From contig CAWETI010000003.1 of the NCBI GenBank assembly GCA_963812015.1, positions 384,001 through 448,000 of the forward strand: a DNA stretch of 64,000 nucleotides, written 5' to 3'. Positions 40,294-51,077 of this stretch are shown piece after piece. Both the position numbers and the translations under genes were made by a program. The notes below the pieces were generated by a model. The model had not been told where the DNA came from. It ran no database searches and was given only the letters and a program-made list of their open reading frames with translations. The DNA is from an uncultured delta proteobacterium (GTDB taxonomy: Bacteria > Desulfobacterota > Desulfobaccia > Desulfobaccales > 0-14-0-80-60-11). Position 1 is the first letter of the stretch. Each line of letters begins with the position of its first letter.

Positions 40294-41208
40294 AGACCAC
40301 CATCCTTTCCCCGTTTGAATATACCTGCAGATTATTACTTTCCAGCCCCTTTACTCTGCCATTTTTGTCCCGAAACGGAATTAGGTATTCCCTGAAACTG
40401 GAGTTCGGAAACCCCTAATTTACTTTGTTAAAATTTTTAGGTGCTCTTCCTGATGACCTGAAGGTGCATTCCTTTCGACCATGGCCTGTCCCGGGGTGTA
40501 GATCGGTCTAAATGCTGATAATGCAGGTCCAGGAGCCACCCTTGCATAAAGAACCGGGTGAGTAAGGAGTTCCGCCCCCGACCAGGCATTTTACGGAGAG
40601 GTTAAGCCTGCGCTCTGGGCGCAATAACCATGGAACCCCTACCCGCACGGGGGTGGGGACAATGGAAGCCCAAAAAAGTCAGAGAAAGCAGGGGGGCCGG
40701 CTAACAAAGAGCACGTACGGCAAAACTATCAAAGCTTTTTGGGAGTACGCAATATAGTGGACATTTAACCAGGCTGTAGGAAAAAGCTCTTTGAATCTGT
40801 CGCGATCATTTTTGAATTGGTAGTATAAAATATTTTATGATTATAGATTATAAGTTATTAAGAATAATAATAATAATAAATAGTTTTAGTATTAGTAATA
40901 GGCTTATGAATATATTGTGGATAGATATAACATATTGCGGGATATTCTTTTTTAATAGTAAATAATATTATACATAATAATGATCTTCAGTAAGGTACCT
41001 TTAGTTATTATAATATAACCATACTGATTAAGGCACCAATAGCTGTCAATACAATTATTTTCCCTCTGAGGATTGCGTTTCCTCCTCACATTATTTCTTC
41101 CATTACCTATTATAAGTTTCATTAAATGAATCATCCTCCAATCAGCTGCCCGATGAGGCCTCGAAATACCTTTCATGTAAGGAAGTTTTTATATAAATTC
41201 ACTTACCT

Positions 41209-43299
41209 GTGGCAAATAAAAAGATTGATGGATCAATTAACGGTAACATGCTCATTCTCAAAACAGGATTTTCGAACCTCGAAATCATAGTTTCCCTGAT
41301 TCATATCGAAAGTATTTTCCCCTATGCTCGAGAATACGCCCACAAAGAGTACGGAATGATCGAAAAATATTTTGCTCCTCCTGGCGTGGGACGCCATAAT
41401 CTGGAGACACGATTTATGAATGAAAATCAAGCACCAGAAACTATTTATGATGATATGGAAAAGAATGAACTTAAATGGAAGAAGCCCGATAGGCTAGCTC
41501 TAAAGCTTACTCTAATAACATTATTGATCTTTAATCTTATATTTGTATGTCAATTGATCATTCATCATTTATATCAAAATATAAAAATTTCTTATTACGA
41601 TATTATTACAAATATTTACTTATGTATCATAGTCAATATAGCCTCCTGCCTCATACTTTATCGACATCATCAATTGGCTAAACACGTTGAACATGAACTG
41701 GCCAAGAGGTTGCGCTCTGAACAGGCCCTTCAGCAAGTCAAAGGCGTCCTGGAGGAACGGGTGGTGGACCGCACTGCTGATCTGGAACGGGTCAATCAGG
41801 GGTTTGTTCTTGAAATTCTGCAACGGGAACTGGTTGAGGATGAACTAAAAAATGCCCATGACTACCTGGAGAAAATATTTGATAATTCTGCTGATGGAAT
41901 TGGCATAGTTGATCAACGAGGGAATTTCACGAAATGGAATAAGGCTGCAGAAGAGATCTATGGATATAATTCTAAAGAGATGCTGGGTCAACCGGCATTT
42001 AAGCTTTATGCAAATAGCAATGAATTAGATAGAATGTTAACGCAATTGCGTCAGCAAGGATTTATAAGAAATTATGAAATAATTATGATGAAAAAAGACG
42101 GCTCCTTTTTTATAAGTAGTCTTTCTGTTAGATTATTGTATAGCAATGACAATAATGTTATTGGCAGTGTTGCTGTGGCAAGAGATCTAACTGAGATAAA
42201 GAATAATCTGGCCAACCTGGAATTAATTAACGAAAAGCTACAGGGTTTGATCACTGAGTCTGAACATCGCAATCGCCAAATGGCCTTGATCCAGGAAATG
42301 GGTGAGTTTTTGCATGTTTGTCACACCCTTGAAGAAATATATGATGTCTTAGCCCACTTTGCGACAAAATTCTTCCCCGGCTTTACCGGCTCATTGTATA
42401 CGCTGCATGACTCCAGGCACCTTTTTGAAAGGGTGGCTACCTGGGGCGAGATGCAACCTCAGCAGCTAGTGTTCGGCCACGATGAGTGTTGGGCCTTACG
42501 GCGAAGTCAAATCAATTTAGTCGATAGTTCCAAATCTTTTAGGCACTGCCGGCATGTCTCTTCGCCATTATCTCTCGGCTACCTTTGCGTACCCTTGATG
42601 GCCCACGGAGAAGCTTTGGGCATCCTCCATTTGCAACAAGTCTCTCCGCAAGAAGAAGGTCAGATGTATGCCTCCGGCCAGTTAGCCTCGACTGTAGCCG
42701 ACGGGATAGCTTTGGCGTTGGCCAGCATGAAACTCCGCGATACCTTGCGAGACCAAGCCATTCGGGATCCACTTACCGGGTTATTTAATCGTCGTTATAT
42801 TAGCGAGACTTTTGAACGAGAATTAGCAAGGGCTCAACGGCATGGTTTATCTTTGGCGGTGATTATGATCGATCTCGATCAATTTAAAAAATTTAACGAT
42901 ACTTTTGGCCATGACATGGGGGATAAACTGTTAACTATCTTTGGTAATTTTGTCAGAACGACTATTAGGAAGGAAGACCTTGCCTGCCGCTGGGGGGGAG
43001 AAGAATTTTGCTTAATTTTACCGGGAGCCTCGCTGAACGCAGCCCTTGATAAAGCCGAAGAAATACGATTAGGAACAAGGCAACTCAAGGTAGCGAATGA
43101 TCAGTCTCACCGGCCGGTGACTATTTCGATGGGAATCGCCGTATATCCGGAACACGGATCGACAAAAGATGAACTTATTATTGCTGCCGATAAGGCTATG
43201 TACCGCGCTAAAAAAGTGGGCCGGGATCGAGTCGTCCTTGCCCAAAAGATAGAGGGTCATTACCAAGACCATCCCGATCAAATCAGGGCAGTTCAATAG
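41209..43299 (+). CDS. Membrane PAS-GAF-GGDEF diguanylate cyclase
   Basis: DPLTGLFNRR, NDTFGHDMGD, RKED I-site, GGEEF. True start probably later (about 41417-41455). Confidence 0.9.
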   Translation: MANKKIDGSINGNMLILKTGFSNLEIIVSLIHIESIFPYAREYAHKEYGMIEKYFAPPGVGRHNLETRFMNENQAPETIYDDMEKNELKWKKPDRLALKLTLITLLIFNLIFVCQLIIHHLYQNIKISYYDIITNIYLCIIVNIASCLILYRHHQLAKHVEHELAKRLRSEQALQQVKGVLEERVVDRTADLERVNQGFVLEILQRELVEDELKNAHDYLEKIFDNSADGIGIVDQRGNFTKWNKAAEEIYGYNSKEMLGQPAFKLYANSNELDRMLTQLRQQGFIRNYEIIMMKKDGSFFISSLSVRLLYSNDNNVIGSVAVARDLTEIKNNLANLELINEKLQGLITESEHRNRQMALIQEMGEFLHVCHTLEEIYDVLAHFATKFFPGFTGSLYTLHDSRHLFERVATWGEMQPQQLVFGHDECWALRRSQINLVDSSKSFRHCRHVSSPLSLGYLCVPLMAHGEALGILHLQQVSPQEEGQMYASGQLASTVADGIALALASMKLRDTLRDQAIRDPLTGLFNRRYISETFERELARAQRHGLSLAVIMIDLDQFKKFNDTFGHDMGDKLLTIFGNFVRTTIRKEDLACRWGGEEFCLILPGASLNAALDKAEEIRLGTRQLKVANDQSHRPVTISMGIAVYPEHGSTKDELIIAADKAMYRAKKVGRDRVVLAQKIEGHYQDHPDQIRAVQ

Positions 43300-43357
43300 G
43301 AGCTAAATCATCCTCACTTGATTTCAAATAATCTCCCAGTGGAGCATAGGTGATAAA

Positions 43358-44821
43358 ATGGAATTATTAACTAAGCCAAGGACTGGCTGGGAATTACGCA
43401 GCAAGTTATTTGCAGATTTATGTAAATATTCCTTGCATAGCCAAATTAATGAACCATTCAAAAATGCCAATCAAGATTTATCAGTATTAATTGATAGTCT
43501 TCCGGCTGTGGTTTTCAGAGGATATATCGATGGGACGGTGGATTTCTTTGATGAAAAAGTCGAAGAGATGACCGGTTACCCCAGGAAGATATTTATGTCC
43601 CGTCGAAAAAAATGGACCGATTTAATTATCGAAGAAGACCTAATAAAGGTGAAAAATGCATTTACCAAAGCGCTGAAGGGTGACAAATTGTATGTGAGGG
43701 AATATAGAATAAGGACTAAAAAAAGAAAGGTTATTTGGCTCCAGGAGAGAAGCACGATAATATGTAAAGAAGATGGAAAGGTTAAACACATCGTTGGGAT
43801 GTTTTTTGATATTACTCAGCGCAAGCATGCTGAAGAAGAGATTAAAGAAGGGCAGCACTTTCTTACCAGCATCTATACAAGTATTCAGGATGGCATGACT
43901 ATATTGAATTTAGAATTAGGCATAGTCCAGGTCAATCCCACCATGGGGAAATGGTACACTCATGCCCAGCCACTGGTGGGGAAAAAATGCTACCAAGCCT
44001 ATCATGGGCAAGAAATTCCTTGTAGACCCTGTCCTGCCCATCGCACCTTGATAACCGGAGAACCTCATTACGAAATCGTCGCTCGGAAAGATATCCATGG
44101 CAACTGTTTGGGATGGATGGAAGAGTATTCCTACGCCTGGCGCAATAATGGCAACGGCAAGATTAAAGGGGCAATCATCTATGTCCGGGACATAACAGAG
44201 CGAGTCAAATCAACAGATCTGGCTGAAGAAAGTATGAAAAAATTGAAGAAAACGTTAAATGCAACCGTAACCGCTCTGGCAACCACCGTTGAAACGAGAG
44301 ATCCTTATACTGCCGGGCATCAAGGCCGGGTCGCTCAGCTTGCCTGCGCCATCGGTCAAGAAATGGGATTCTCGCAAGATCTGGTGGAAGGGCTGCGGGT
44401 GATGGCCTTCCTGCATGATATAGGAAAGATCGCCATACCCTCAGAAATTCTCTGCAAACCGAGCAAATTAAGTGAATATGAATTCCATATCATTAAAACC
44501 CATCCGATGATCGGTTATGAAATATTGAAAGAGATTGAATTCCCCTGCCAAGTGGCGCAGGTTGTGCTACAACATCACGAGAGGTTAAATGGATCGGGAT
44601 ATCCCTCCGGCCTTTCAAATCAGGATATTCTTTTAGAGGCAAAAATATTGGCGGTCGCGGATGTAACAGAAGCTATGGCTTCTCACCGACCTTACCGGCC
44701 GGCGGTAGGTTTGGAAGAAGCTTTAAAAGAAATTTCGCAAAATAATAATATACTCTACGATCCAGATGTCGCAAAGGCCTGTTTAAGTATTTTTAAGGAA
44801 AAAGATTTCGCTTTCCAGTAA
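43358..44821 (+). CDS. PAS-PAS HD-GYP phosphodiesterase
   Basis: RDPYTAGH, HDIGK, HHERLNGSGYP, HRPYR. Confidence 0.92.
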   Translation: MELLTKPRTGWELRSKLFADLCKYSLHSQINEPFKNANQDLSVLIDSLPAVVFRGYIDGTVDFFDEKVEEMTGYPRKIFMSRRKKWTDLIIEEDLIKVKNAFTKALKGDKLYVREYRIRTKKRKVIWLQERSTIICKEDGKVKHIVGMFFDITQRKHAEEEIKEGQHFLTSIYTSIQDGMTILNLELGIVQVNPTMGKWYTHAQPLVGKKCYQAYHGQEIPCRPCPAHRTLITGEPHYEIVARKDIHGNCLGWMEEYSYAWRNNGNGKIKGAIIYVRDITERVKSTDLAEESMKKLKKTLNATVTALATTVETRDPYTAGHQGRVAQLACAIGQEMGFSQDLVEGLRVMAFLHDIGKIAIPSEILCKPSKLSEYEFHIIKTHPMIGYEILKEIEFPCQVAQVVLQHHERLNGSGYPSGLSNQDILLEAKILAVADVTEAMASHRPYRPAVGLEEALKEISQNNNILYDPDVAKACLSIFKEKDFAFQ

Positions 44822-44969
44822 AATGACCTTTATTTGTAATAGACAAGATGTCATCTGAATGTTAAGAATAAATTGACAAAAAAGCAGCAAAAAACTGACA
44901 CTTGTCGAGCCTTTTCCCATCTGCATTGGTCTCATAGTTCCCGTAGTTCCCATGAATCGCATTTTTCCC

Positions 44970-45165
44970 ATGTCTTAGAGTTATACCACCGGGCCGTGGG
45001 CCTCCACCGGGAAACGCGCTGGGCCGAGAGCCTGAAGCCCTTTACCCAGGCCCCGGAAGTGCGTCCCGGCGACGAGACCTGTCACCTCTGCTCACCCTGG
45101 CCCAGAAGCACCACGCGACCCCCTCGCCCCCGGCTGGGAAGCCGTAACGGTGATGGACAAGAACA
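44970..45165 (+). pseudogene. C-terminal remnant of class III adenylate/guanylate cyclase-type protein
   Basis: VLELYHRAVGLHRETRWAES..PFTQA.EVRPGD and, in another frame, PLAPGWEAVTVMDK; resembles the TPR-like tail of CHASE2 cyclases. Confidence 0.55.
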
Positions 45166-45542
45166 ACCCACCTGGAAGCGGTGATTTATCTCTTTGCTAT
45201 GGATGCTAATTAACGCTATCTCCACAGGAAACTGATCCGCGCCCACCAGACCCCTCAGATCCCCGAGACCCAGCCATAGCACGAGTTATGTTAATTCACG
45301 TTCCGAATTTTTCTTTCAATGGCTTTCTGACAACCAGCAGAACCAGGCAGATTATTATCCAGGGAGAAATCAGGGTTTCTCTTCCTCAAAATCAGTATTT
45401 GTCCCGATTTCCTCTCATCCGAAAACGTTTTAAATAAAAGACACTTGAAATTACTGCGAATCAAAATGAATTTAGGATAAAAGGTGCGCGGAGCCGTAGG
45501 GGAGGAAATTCAATAAGGGATAAGCTGGGATTAAATTAATAG

Positions 45543-45620
45543 CCTGTAAAGCCAAACCCATCGCGAGGCGGGGACGGAAAGCCACGGGTCTCAATTAAAC
45601 GAGATAGCCGGGTTGCCTGG
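45543..45620 (+). ncRNA. c-di-GMP-I (GEMM-I) riboswitch
   Basis: G-CC-AAACCCATC-GCGA-GGCGGG-GACGG-AAAGCCACGGGTCTC...GAGATAGCCGGGTTGCC matches the GEMM-I consensus. Confidence 0.92.
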
Positions 45621-45648
45621 GACTTTTACAGGTGATCCGGCTTTTTTT
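45606..45648 (+). terminator. Riboswitch expression-platform terminator
   Basis: AGCCGGGTTGCCTG...CAGGTGATCCGGCT followed by a T run; overlaps the aptamer 3' strand. Confidence 0.85.
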
Positions 45649-45693
45649 AATTTCCAAGGTTTTGGCGGGAGTATGCAACCCAGGAGGTAATTT

Positions 45694-46290
45694 ATGGAGT
45701 CCATTGTAGAAGTGCTTGAGTCTGTCATGGCCGCTCGAGATCCTTACGCCAGTGTCCATCAGCAGCGGGTTACCCAATTATCCTTGGCAATTGCAGAGGA
45801 AATGGGGCTTGAGGAGAAGAGTATCCGCAACTTGGAGATGGCTGCGAGACTGCATGATCTGGGGAAAATCTCGGTCCCGATTAGTATCTTATCAAAGCCG
45901 GGCAAATTGTCAGTCCCCGAAATGGACATGATCAAAGCCCACCCCATGATGGGCACCGAAATGTTGAAAACATTAAAACTTCGTCCTCATACATTTGTAA
46001 CCATAGTTCAGCATCATGAAAGGATAAATGGGTGTGGCTACCCCTTTGGTTTGTCCGGCGAAGATATTCTTCTGGAAGCGAGAATTTTAGGAGTGGCGGA
46101 TGTTGTGGAGGCCATATCTTCTCATCGCTCTTACCGACCTTCCCGGGGGGTGGAGTTGGCTTCAGATGAAATCTTCCAAAATAAAGGCCTACTTTACGAT
46201 CCATCGGTCGTGGATGCTTTTGAAAGACTCTATTCTAAAAATATGTTTGGCAATTTATTGGTAGTCAAAGTTTTCAGTGAAGCTGCATAG
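45694..46290 (+). CDS. Stand-alone HD-GYP protein
   Basis: RDPY, HDLGK, HHERINGCGYP; AGGAGG RBS. Confidence 0.92.
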   Translation: MESIVEVLESVMAARDPYASVHQQRVTQLSLAIAEEMGLEEKSIRNLEMAARLHDLGKISVPISILSKPGKLSVPEMDMIKAHPMMGTEMLKTLKLRPHTFVTIVQHHERINGCGYPFGLSGEDILLEARILGVADVVEAISSHRSYRPSRGVELASDEIFQNKGLLYDPSVVDAFERLYSKNMFGNLLVVKVFSEAA

Positions 46291-46437
46291 CTCTATGCTA
46301 AACAGCTTTTGGGAGATCATGATTTATCGAATTGATGGAAATAGCAAGGACAATAGTGAAGGGACTTTTTTGGCAAATTAGCCAGAGGTTTATGATCTAA
46401 TGATTCTAAATAAGCTTTTTGAAAATGGGACAGGAAA

Positions 46438-47232
46438 ATGTCAGACAATCAATTAACTATAAATTTAATGGAAACATTGGAGCGGGTTGATAGCAAGTTG
46501 GATAAGTTGCTTGATAACTCCACTCTTTTAAAAGAAGGTGGTCTCTCCGAAACGGTGGATGCACCTGAAGAAGATTTTTTCGAAGACCTTGATAGCCCTG
46601 AAACTCATCGATCCTCGGTCCAGTCAAAAAATTCCTTGCCGTCCAGAGTCGCGATCTCCATGATGGAAACGGACGCAATTATTCAAAAAGTGGAGAAAAT
46701 AAATCGTGATGCCGAAGTAATGGAGAGAGTGGAAAAGCTTGAGAAACAAAGCCGCAAACTTACGATTCTCGGCGCTATATTCATGACCTTAACGGTTCTG
46801 ATGCTTGGTGTCTTGGCTTTTTTCATGGTTCAAACAAATTATTTGAGCAAAGACGTCTCTTGGGAAGCAAGGCACCGGGTTGATGCTTCCCAGCCCTCTT
46901 TGGGAAAGACTGTTGCCAAAGTTGATGAGCCCAAGCCCGCCGACTCGGATGTCAAAGGTAATCGCCCCCAAATGACTGAGCCTAACCTCAAGGCAAGTGC
47001 TTTAAGGCCTGCAGAACCGGTTGAGTCAACACCAAACCCGGACCAAGCCAAGGCGCCTGCTCCGGGTACCTATGTGGGCTCTATTACTTCCAACAAATAT
47101 CACTATCCCGGCTGTAAATACGCAAAAAAAATTAATCCTCATAAGCTCATAAAATTTTCCTCTGTTCAAGAAGCTCGGGAAAAGGGGTATATTCCCTGCC
47201 CGACCTGCCAGCCACCCCACTCTGATCATTAG
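46438..47232 (+). CDS. Single-pass membrane protein with C-terminal Ada-type metal-binding domain, copy 1
   Basis: YVGSITSNKYHYPGC...FSSVQEAREKGYIPCPTCQP. Confidence 0.8.
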   Translation: MSDNQLTINLMETLERVDSKLDKLLDNSTLLKEGGLSETVDAPEEDFFEDLDSPETHRSSVQSKNSLPSRVAISMMETDAIIQKVEKINRDAEVMERVEKLEKQSRKLTILGAIFMTLTVLMLGVLAFFMVQTNYLSKDVSWEARHRVDASQPSLGKTVAKVDEPKPADSDVKGNRPQMTEPNLKASALRPAEPVESTPNPDQAKAPAPGTYVGSITSNKYHYPGCKYAKKINPHKLIKFSSVQEAREKGYIPCPTCQPPHSDH

Positions 47233-47306
47233 AGATTCGGTAATCGGCCAGATTTTTCAGGGCCCCATAGTATCAGCACTTACCGGCCCCGCTAGCTTTT
47301 GAGCTT

Positions 47307-47471
47307 TCAGCAATCTATTGAGCGCAGCAAGCTGTCGGCGATCTGCCTCGCGTACTGCTTATTTTTAGATGTTTTCAGAGGATTTTCAATAAAATGCAGG
47401 AGGAGGCCCATAACCATCACCGCTGCAAGTCCTCCCAATAAAAAACTGCCGGCACAGGCTACCAAGTCCAT
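47307..47471 (-). CDS. Small membrane protein, 54 aa
   Basis: MDLVACAGSFLLGGLAAVMVMGLLLHFIENPLKT...; GGAGG RBS; below ORF-track cutoff. Confidence 0.6.
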   Translation of the reverse strand: MDLVACAGSFLLGGLAAVMVMGLLLHFIENPLKTSKNKQYARQIADSLLRSIDC

Positions 47472-47879
47472 AAATTTCCTCCACCCATGGGTCTTTTCAG
47501 GATGCCTCCAGTTTATGCCCCGAGCCTGGCGCCGGCAATTGGGGAAAACCTTATATCGCTCAGATAAAATCCTAAAACCTGCTTTATCAAACCCTTAGGG
47601 TTGGCATCCTGAAAGCAAAGGAACGCAGGGCGAGGTGAAAGGAATCGGGTCATCAAAGGGGGGACATACCTAAAGGTTTGACAATTTAAGGGGCCAGCCC
47701 TGGGCAGGACATGGTTAGCTACGAGGCTTTGAGTAAATCAAGTGCATTGATCATAACGCATGAATGAAATATTTCCATCGAACTTTATTGATGTGATCAA
47801 AAATAATGGTGAAAACCATAGCTAATTATTTTAACACACAGATGTCAATTAATATTGATGGTTTTGTGGTTTTAGTTAA

Positions 47880-48401
47880 TTAACGCTTGCCGCTACTGCT
47901 TTCCACACCATTTAAAGTTCCTATAGGATCAATACTTAAAATCACCTCTTTTTTTTCGTCATTGTCATCAATACTGAGATATGGTCCTTCGGGTCCGGCA
48001 CTTAAGGTGACACAGTTTTTACCAACTCTATCAGTTATAGATAAACTCGATGAATCTATATTATTTGCCAAAAGGTTGATACGAGGTTTCTTGCCCTGAT
48101 CGTAGAAGACCAGTTCACCCATTGATATACGTAGACAAGGATCTCCATTTTCATAAGCCATAGTTATTTGAGGAGTTCCATTTTTCAATTCCATTTTCAA
48201 TCGAGTAATTCCGTTATTATCCACTAAGCTAATATTTTCTGCAATAATTGCTTTTGGAGGTAAAACTGTTGCTATACTGAACCCTCCTGTACAAAATATC
48301 ATTATTAACAATAAAATAACTATTCTACGCCTGCTTTTATGTTCTTCCAACTTTGCCAACCTTTGAGCTAAAGCCTGTATCGTTAAGCACTCTTCAGTCA
48401 C
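47880..48401 (-). CDS. Hypothetical membrane-anchored beta-rich protein
   Basis: AGAGGGAG RBS, N-terminal coil plus TM, repeated L.D..G..R strands. Confidence 0.65.
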   Translation of the reverse strand: MTEECLTIQALAQRLAKLEEHKSRRRIVILLLIMIFCTGGFSIATVLPPKAIIAENISLVDNNGITRLKMELKNGTPQITMAYENGDPCLRISMGELVFYDQGKKPRINLLANNIDSSSLSITDRVGKNCVTLSAGPEGPYLSIDDNDEKKEVILSIDPIGTLNGVESSSGKR

Positions 48402-48800
48402 ATTTTTCTCCCTCTTAAAAAAACTGGAATAAGGGATAGAATAGATCCCATTAGTGCCAAAAACATAAATAAAATCAATTTATTATACTTAGTCGATAAA
48501 TTAACTGGTCCCAACTCCGATATTATTTGACTATCCCAGTTCATGTCAAGGCTAAAATTGGGAGACGTAAAGAAATCGTTTTACCTTTTTCTTTCCAGGT
48601 TAAAATATCAATTTTTTAGGTCGTGGCCATCAAAGCCTCAGGTCAAGTTAATTATCAAATCAAACAAATTAATTGACGTTACAAGAAAAATTTATTAAAA
48701 ATTTAACTAGATAGTGACCAAATGGGATATTGTCAGGCTCGGTGACACGGCTTAAAAATAAAAGTCCGTTAACGAGGAAGGGGCCTAAGGGAGGAAAGAC

Positions 48801-49448
48801 ATGAGCACCAGAGTTCTCATCGCTGACGATCATCAGATTGTGCGGGAAGGTCTCCGTTCCATGCTGGAAAAGGAGCCCGGGATCACGGTGGTAGGGGAAG
48901 CAGACAATGGGCGGACAACGTTGCGGATGGCCCGGGAGTTGACCCCGGATGTAATCATTATGGACGTGTCGATGCCCGATTTAAACGGCATAGAGGCCAC
49001 TCGGCAGATTGTCGCGGAGTTCGGCACCGTCAAGGTTATCGCTCTCTCCATGCATGACGACCGGCGTTTTGTCTTGAACATGCTCAAGGCGGGGGCGAAA
49101 GGTTATATGCTGAAGGATTCCGCTTTTAAAGAGCTGGCAAATGCCATCCGGGTGGTGGTTGCCAACCAAACCTACCTGAGTAGCGAAATTGCTGACATCG
49201 TGGTCAAAGACTACCTTTCCTCTACTACCTCGGGGGAATCCTCAGCTTTCTCCCGGCTGTCTCCCAGAGAGCGGGAAGTCCTACAACTTCTGGCCGAAGG
49301 CAAGACTTCCAACCAAATAGCCGAAAGCCTCCACGTCAGTATAAAGACCGTAGAAACTCATCGCAGCCAGCTCATGGCTAAATTAAATGTCAAAAACATT
49401 GCTACGCTTACCAAGTACGCTATCCGGGAAGGAATAACTATGCCATGA
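48801..49448 (+). CDS. NarL/LuxR-family response regulator, copy 1
   Basis: [32 protein letters not shown]. Confidence 0.95.
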   Translation: MSTRVLIADDHQIVREGLRSMLEKEPGITVVGEADNGRTTLRMARELTPDVIIMDVSMPDLNGIEATRQIVAEFGTVKVIALSMHDDRRFVLNMLKAGAKGYMLKDSAFKELANAIRVVVANQTYLSSEIADIVVKDYLSSTTSGESSAFSRLSPREREVLQLLAEGKTSNQIAESLHVSIKTVETHRSQLMAKLNVKNIATLTKYAIREGITMP

Positions 49449-49734
49449 CCTCATAATTTTTTACTATTCGGTGAGATTTTTGATGAGCATTTGAGTTCGT
49501 TGATACCTTTGTACGCCTCGCACAACTCTGGAGGCGGATAGCCGTCCTTAAGAACAAACTTCTGCCGAATTAAGAATTACGGCCTAGCCGAGCTACACCC
49601 CGAAACGTTCCAGACATCACTCCACGTTCACCCTACAATACTATATTGCTTCTCTCCCGAGGCCGGCAAACCTGGACGAAAGTTGGATTGCCGCCATCCG
49701 TTAAGCATAACCGCAAAACCAGCTCGATATTTTA

Positions 49735-50858
49735 TACTAATTTGACATCAAACATATAGTAATGATATATTGGGCAGGGGCTGAAAAAGATGCGCAAACC
49801 TGCCCAGATCGAATCTTGGCTGACGCCGGAAGAATTGTTGTCTTGGCTGAAAGAATCTCCCACGGTTGAGGCATATCAGAAAAGGCTGGTGGTCTGGTTG
49901 ACTTACCTTGGACCTTTTCGTGCCCAGCAACTTGCCGAAATGTTGGGGGTTTCAAAACAAGCCGTTTGGCTGTGGCTGGGGCAATATAATAAACATGGTC
50001 CCCCCGGTTTTGGTCGTAAGGGACGGGGGGGTCGCCGCTGGTCCCTGATCTCTTGGGAGGAAGAATCCGCATTATTGAAATCCTTGGAAAATCGTGCTGT
50101 CGAGGGGCAGTTGCTCACCGCCAAGCAACTACTCCCCGAAGTGTCCCAGGCAGTAGGCCATGAGGTTTCCCTGGGATATGTCTATGCCCTCTTAAGGCGC
50201 CACCGTTGGCGGAAATTGGGACCTCGCCCGCGTCATGTCAAGGCAAAACGTGAGATCCAAGAAGAATTTAAAAAAAACTGCCCGGCCTCATCAGCGAAGA
50301 AATAGCGGCTGCTCCACCAGGCATGCCGATACGCCTTTTATTCCAGGATGAAGGTCGCTTCGGACGCATCAGTGATCTTAGGCGATGTTGGGCGCCTTTG
50401 CCATCTCGACCGATAGTGGGGCATCAAGTGATCCGGGAATACGTCTACGCCATGACCGTCGTAAGCCCTCAGGACGGACGTCTTTCTTCCCTCATCATGC
50501 CTTGGGTCAATGCGGAAACCATGTCACTTTTTCTCGCTCATACCGAGCAAACCTTTGCCGGGGACTTCTGTTTAATGCTGCTTGATGGGGCAGGATGGCA
50601 CCGTGCTAAAGAATTGCGTGTACCGGCCACCATCAAACTTATTCCTCTGCCGCCTTATAGCCCGGAACTCAACCCCGTAGAACATATCTGGGAATATCTG
50701 AGGGAAAATGCCTTCAAAATTTTCTCCCTACATTCCCTGGATGAGGTGGTTGATATTCTTTCAGATGGATTATGCTTCTTATCCCAACAACCGGAAATCG
50801 TACGCTCCATGACCAACTTCGATTGGCTTAATACTCTATGTTTGACGTGTAATTAGTA
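49735..50858 (+). mobile_element. IS630-family insertion sequence
   Basis: Imperfect IRs CTAATTTGACATCAAACATA / TATGTTTGACGTGTAATTAG, flanked by TA. Confidence 0.9.
49790..50856 (+). CDS. IS630 transposase (two ORFs joined by probable -1 frameshift)
   Basis: HTH ORF 49790-50305; FQDEGRFG, LDGAGWH, PPYSPELNPVE; slippery TTTAAAAAAAAC at 50267-50278. Confidence 0.9.
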
Positions 50859-51077
50859 TTAAAAGCCACGGTTGAATCCCATAAATTGGCAAAGACCATG
50901 GTCTTTGGATTCAGCAGAATCAGGTAGAGCTTTATCAATTCGTCCATGGAATGTGCTTGCTGATATGAAAATCAGGTTTTTCGTAGCGACAATATCTATT
51001 CTCCCTATTGAATCAATTAACTCCATAAGATTTAATGGAAATCTATTGATTAAATAAATAGATTTCCGGAGGAATGC

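Noticed and set aside
40862..40880. (AAT)n run
   Set aside because: Short low-complexity tract in AT-rich intergenic DNA; no evidence of phase variation.
41209..45620. 3'3'-cGAMP (Hypr GGDEF / GEMM-Ib) signalling
   Set aside because: Both cyclases keep GHxxGD and the riboswitch has G at the specificity position.
47495..47614. 12-bp inverted repeat TTTCAGGATGCC / GGCATCCTGAAA around a box pair, as an invertible promoter or riboswitch
   Set aside because: No aptamer consensus and no intact invertase nearby; cannot be supported from sequence alone.
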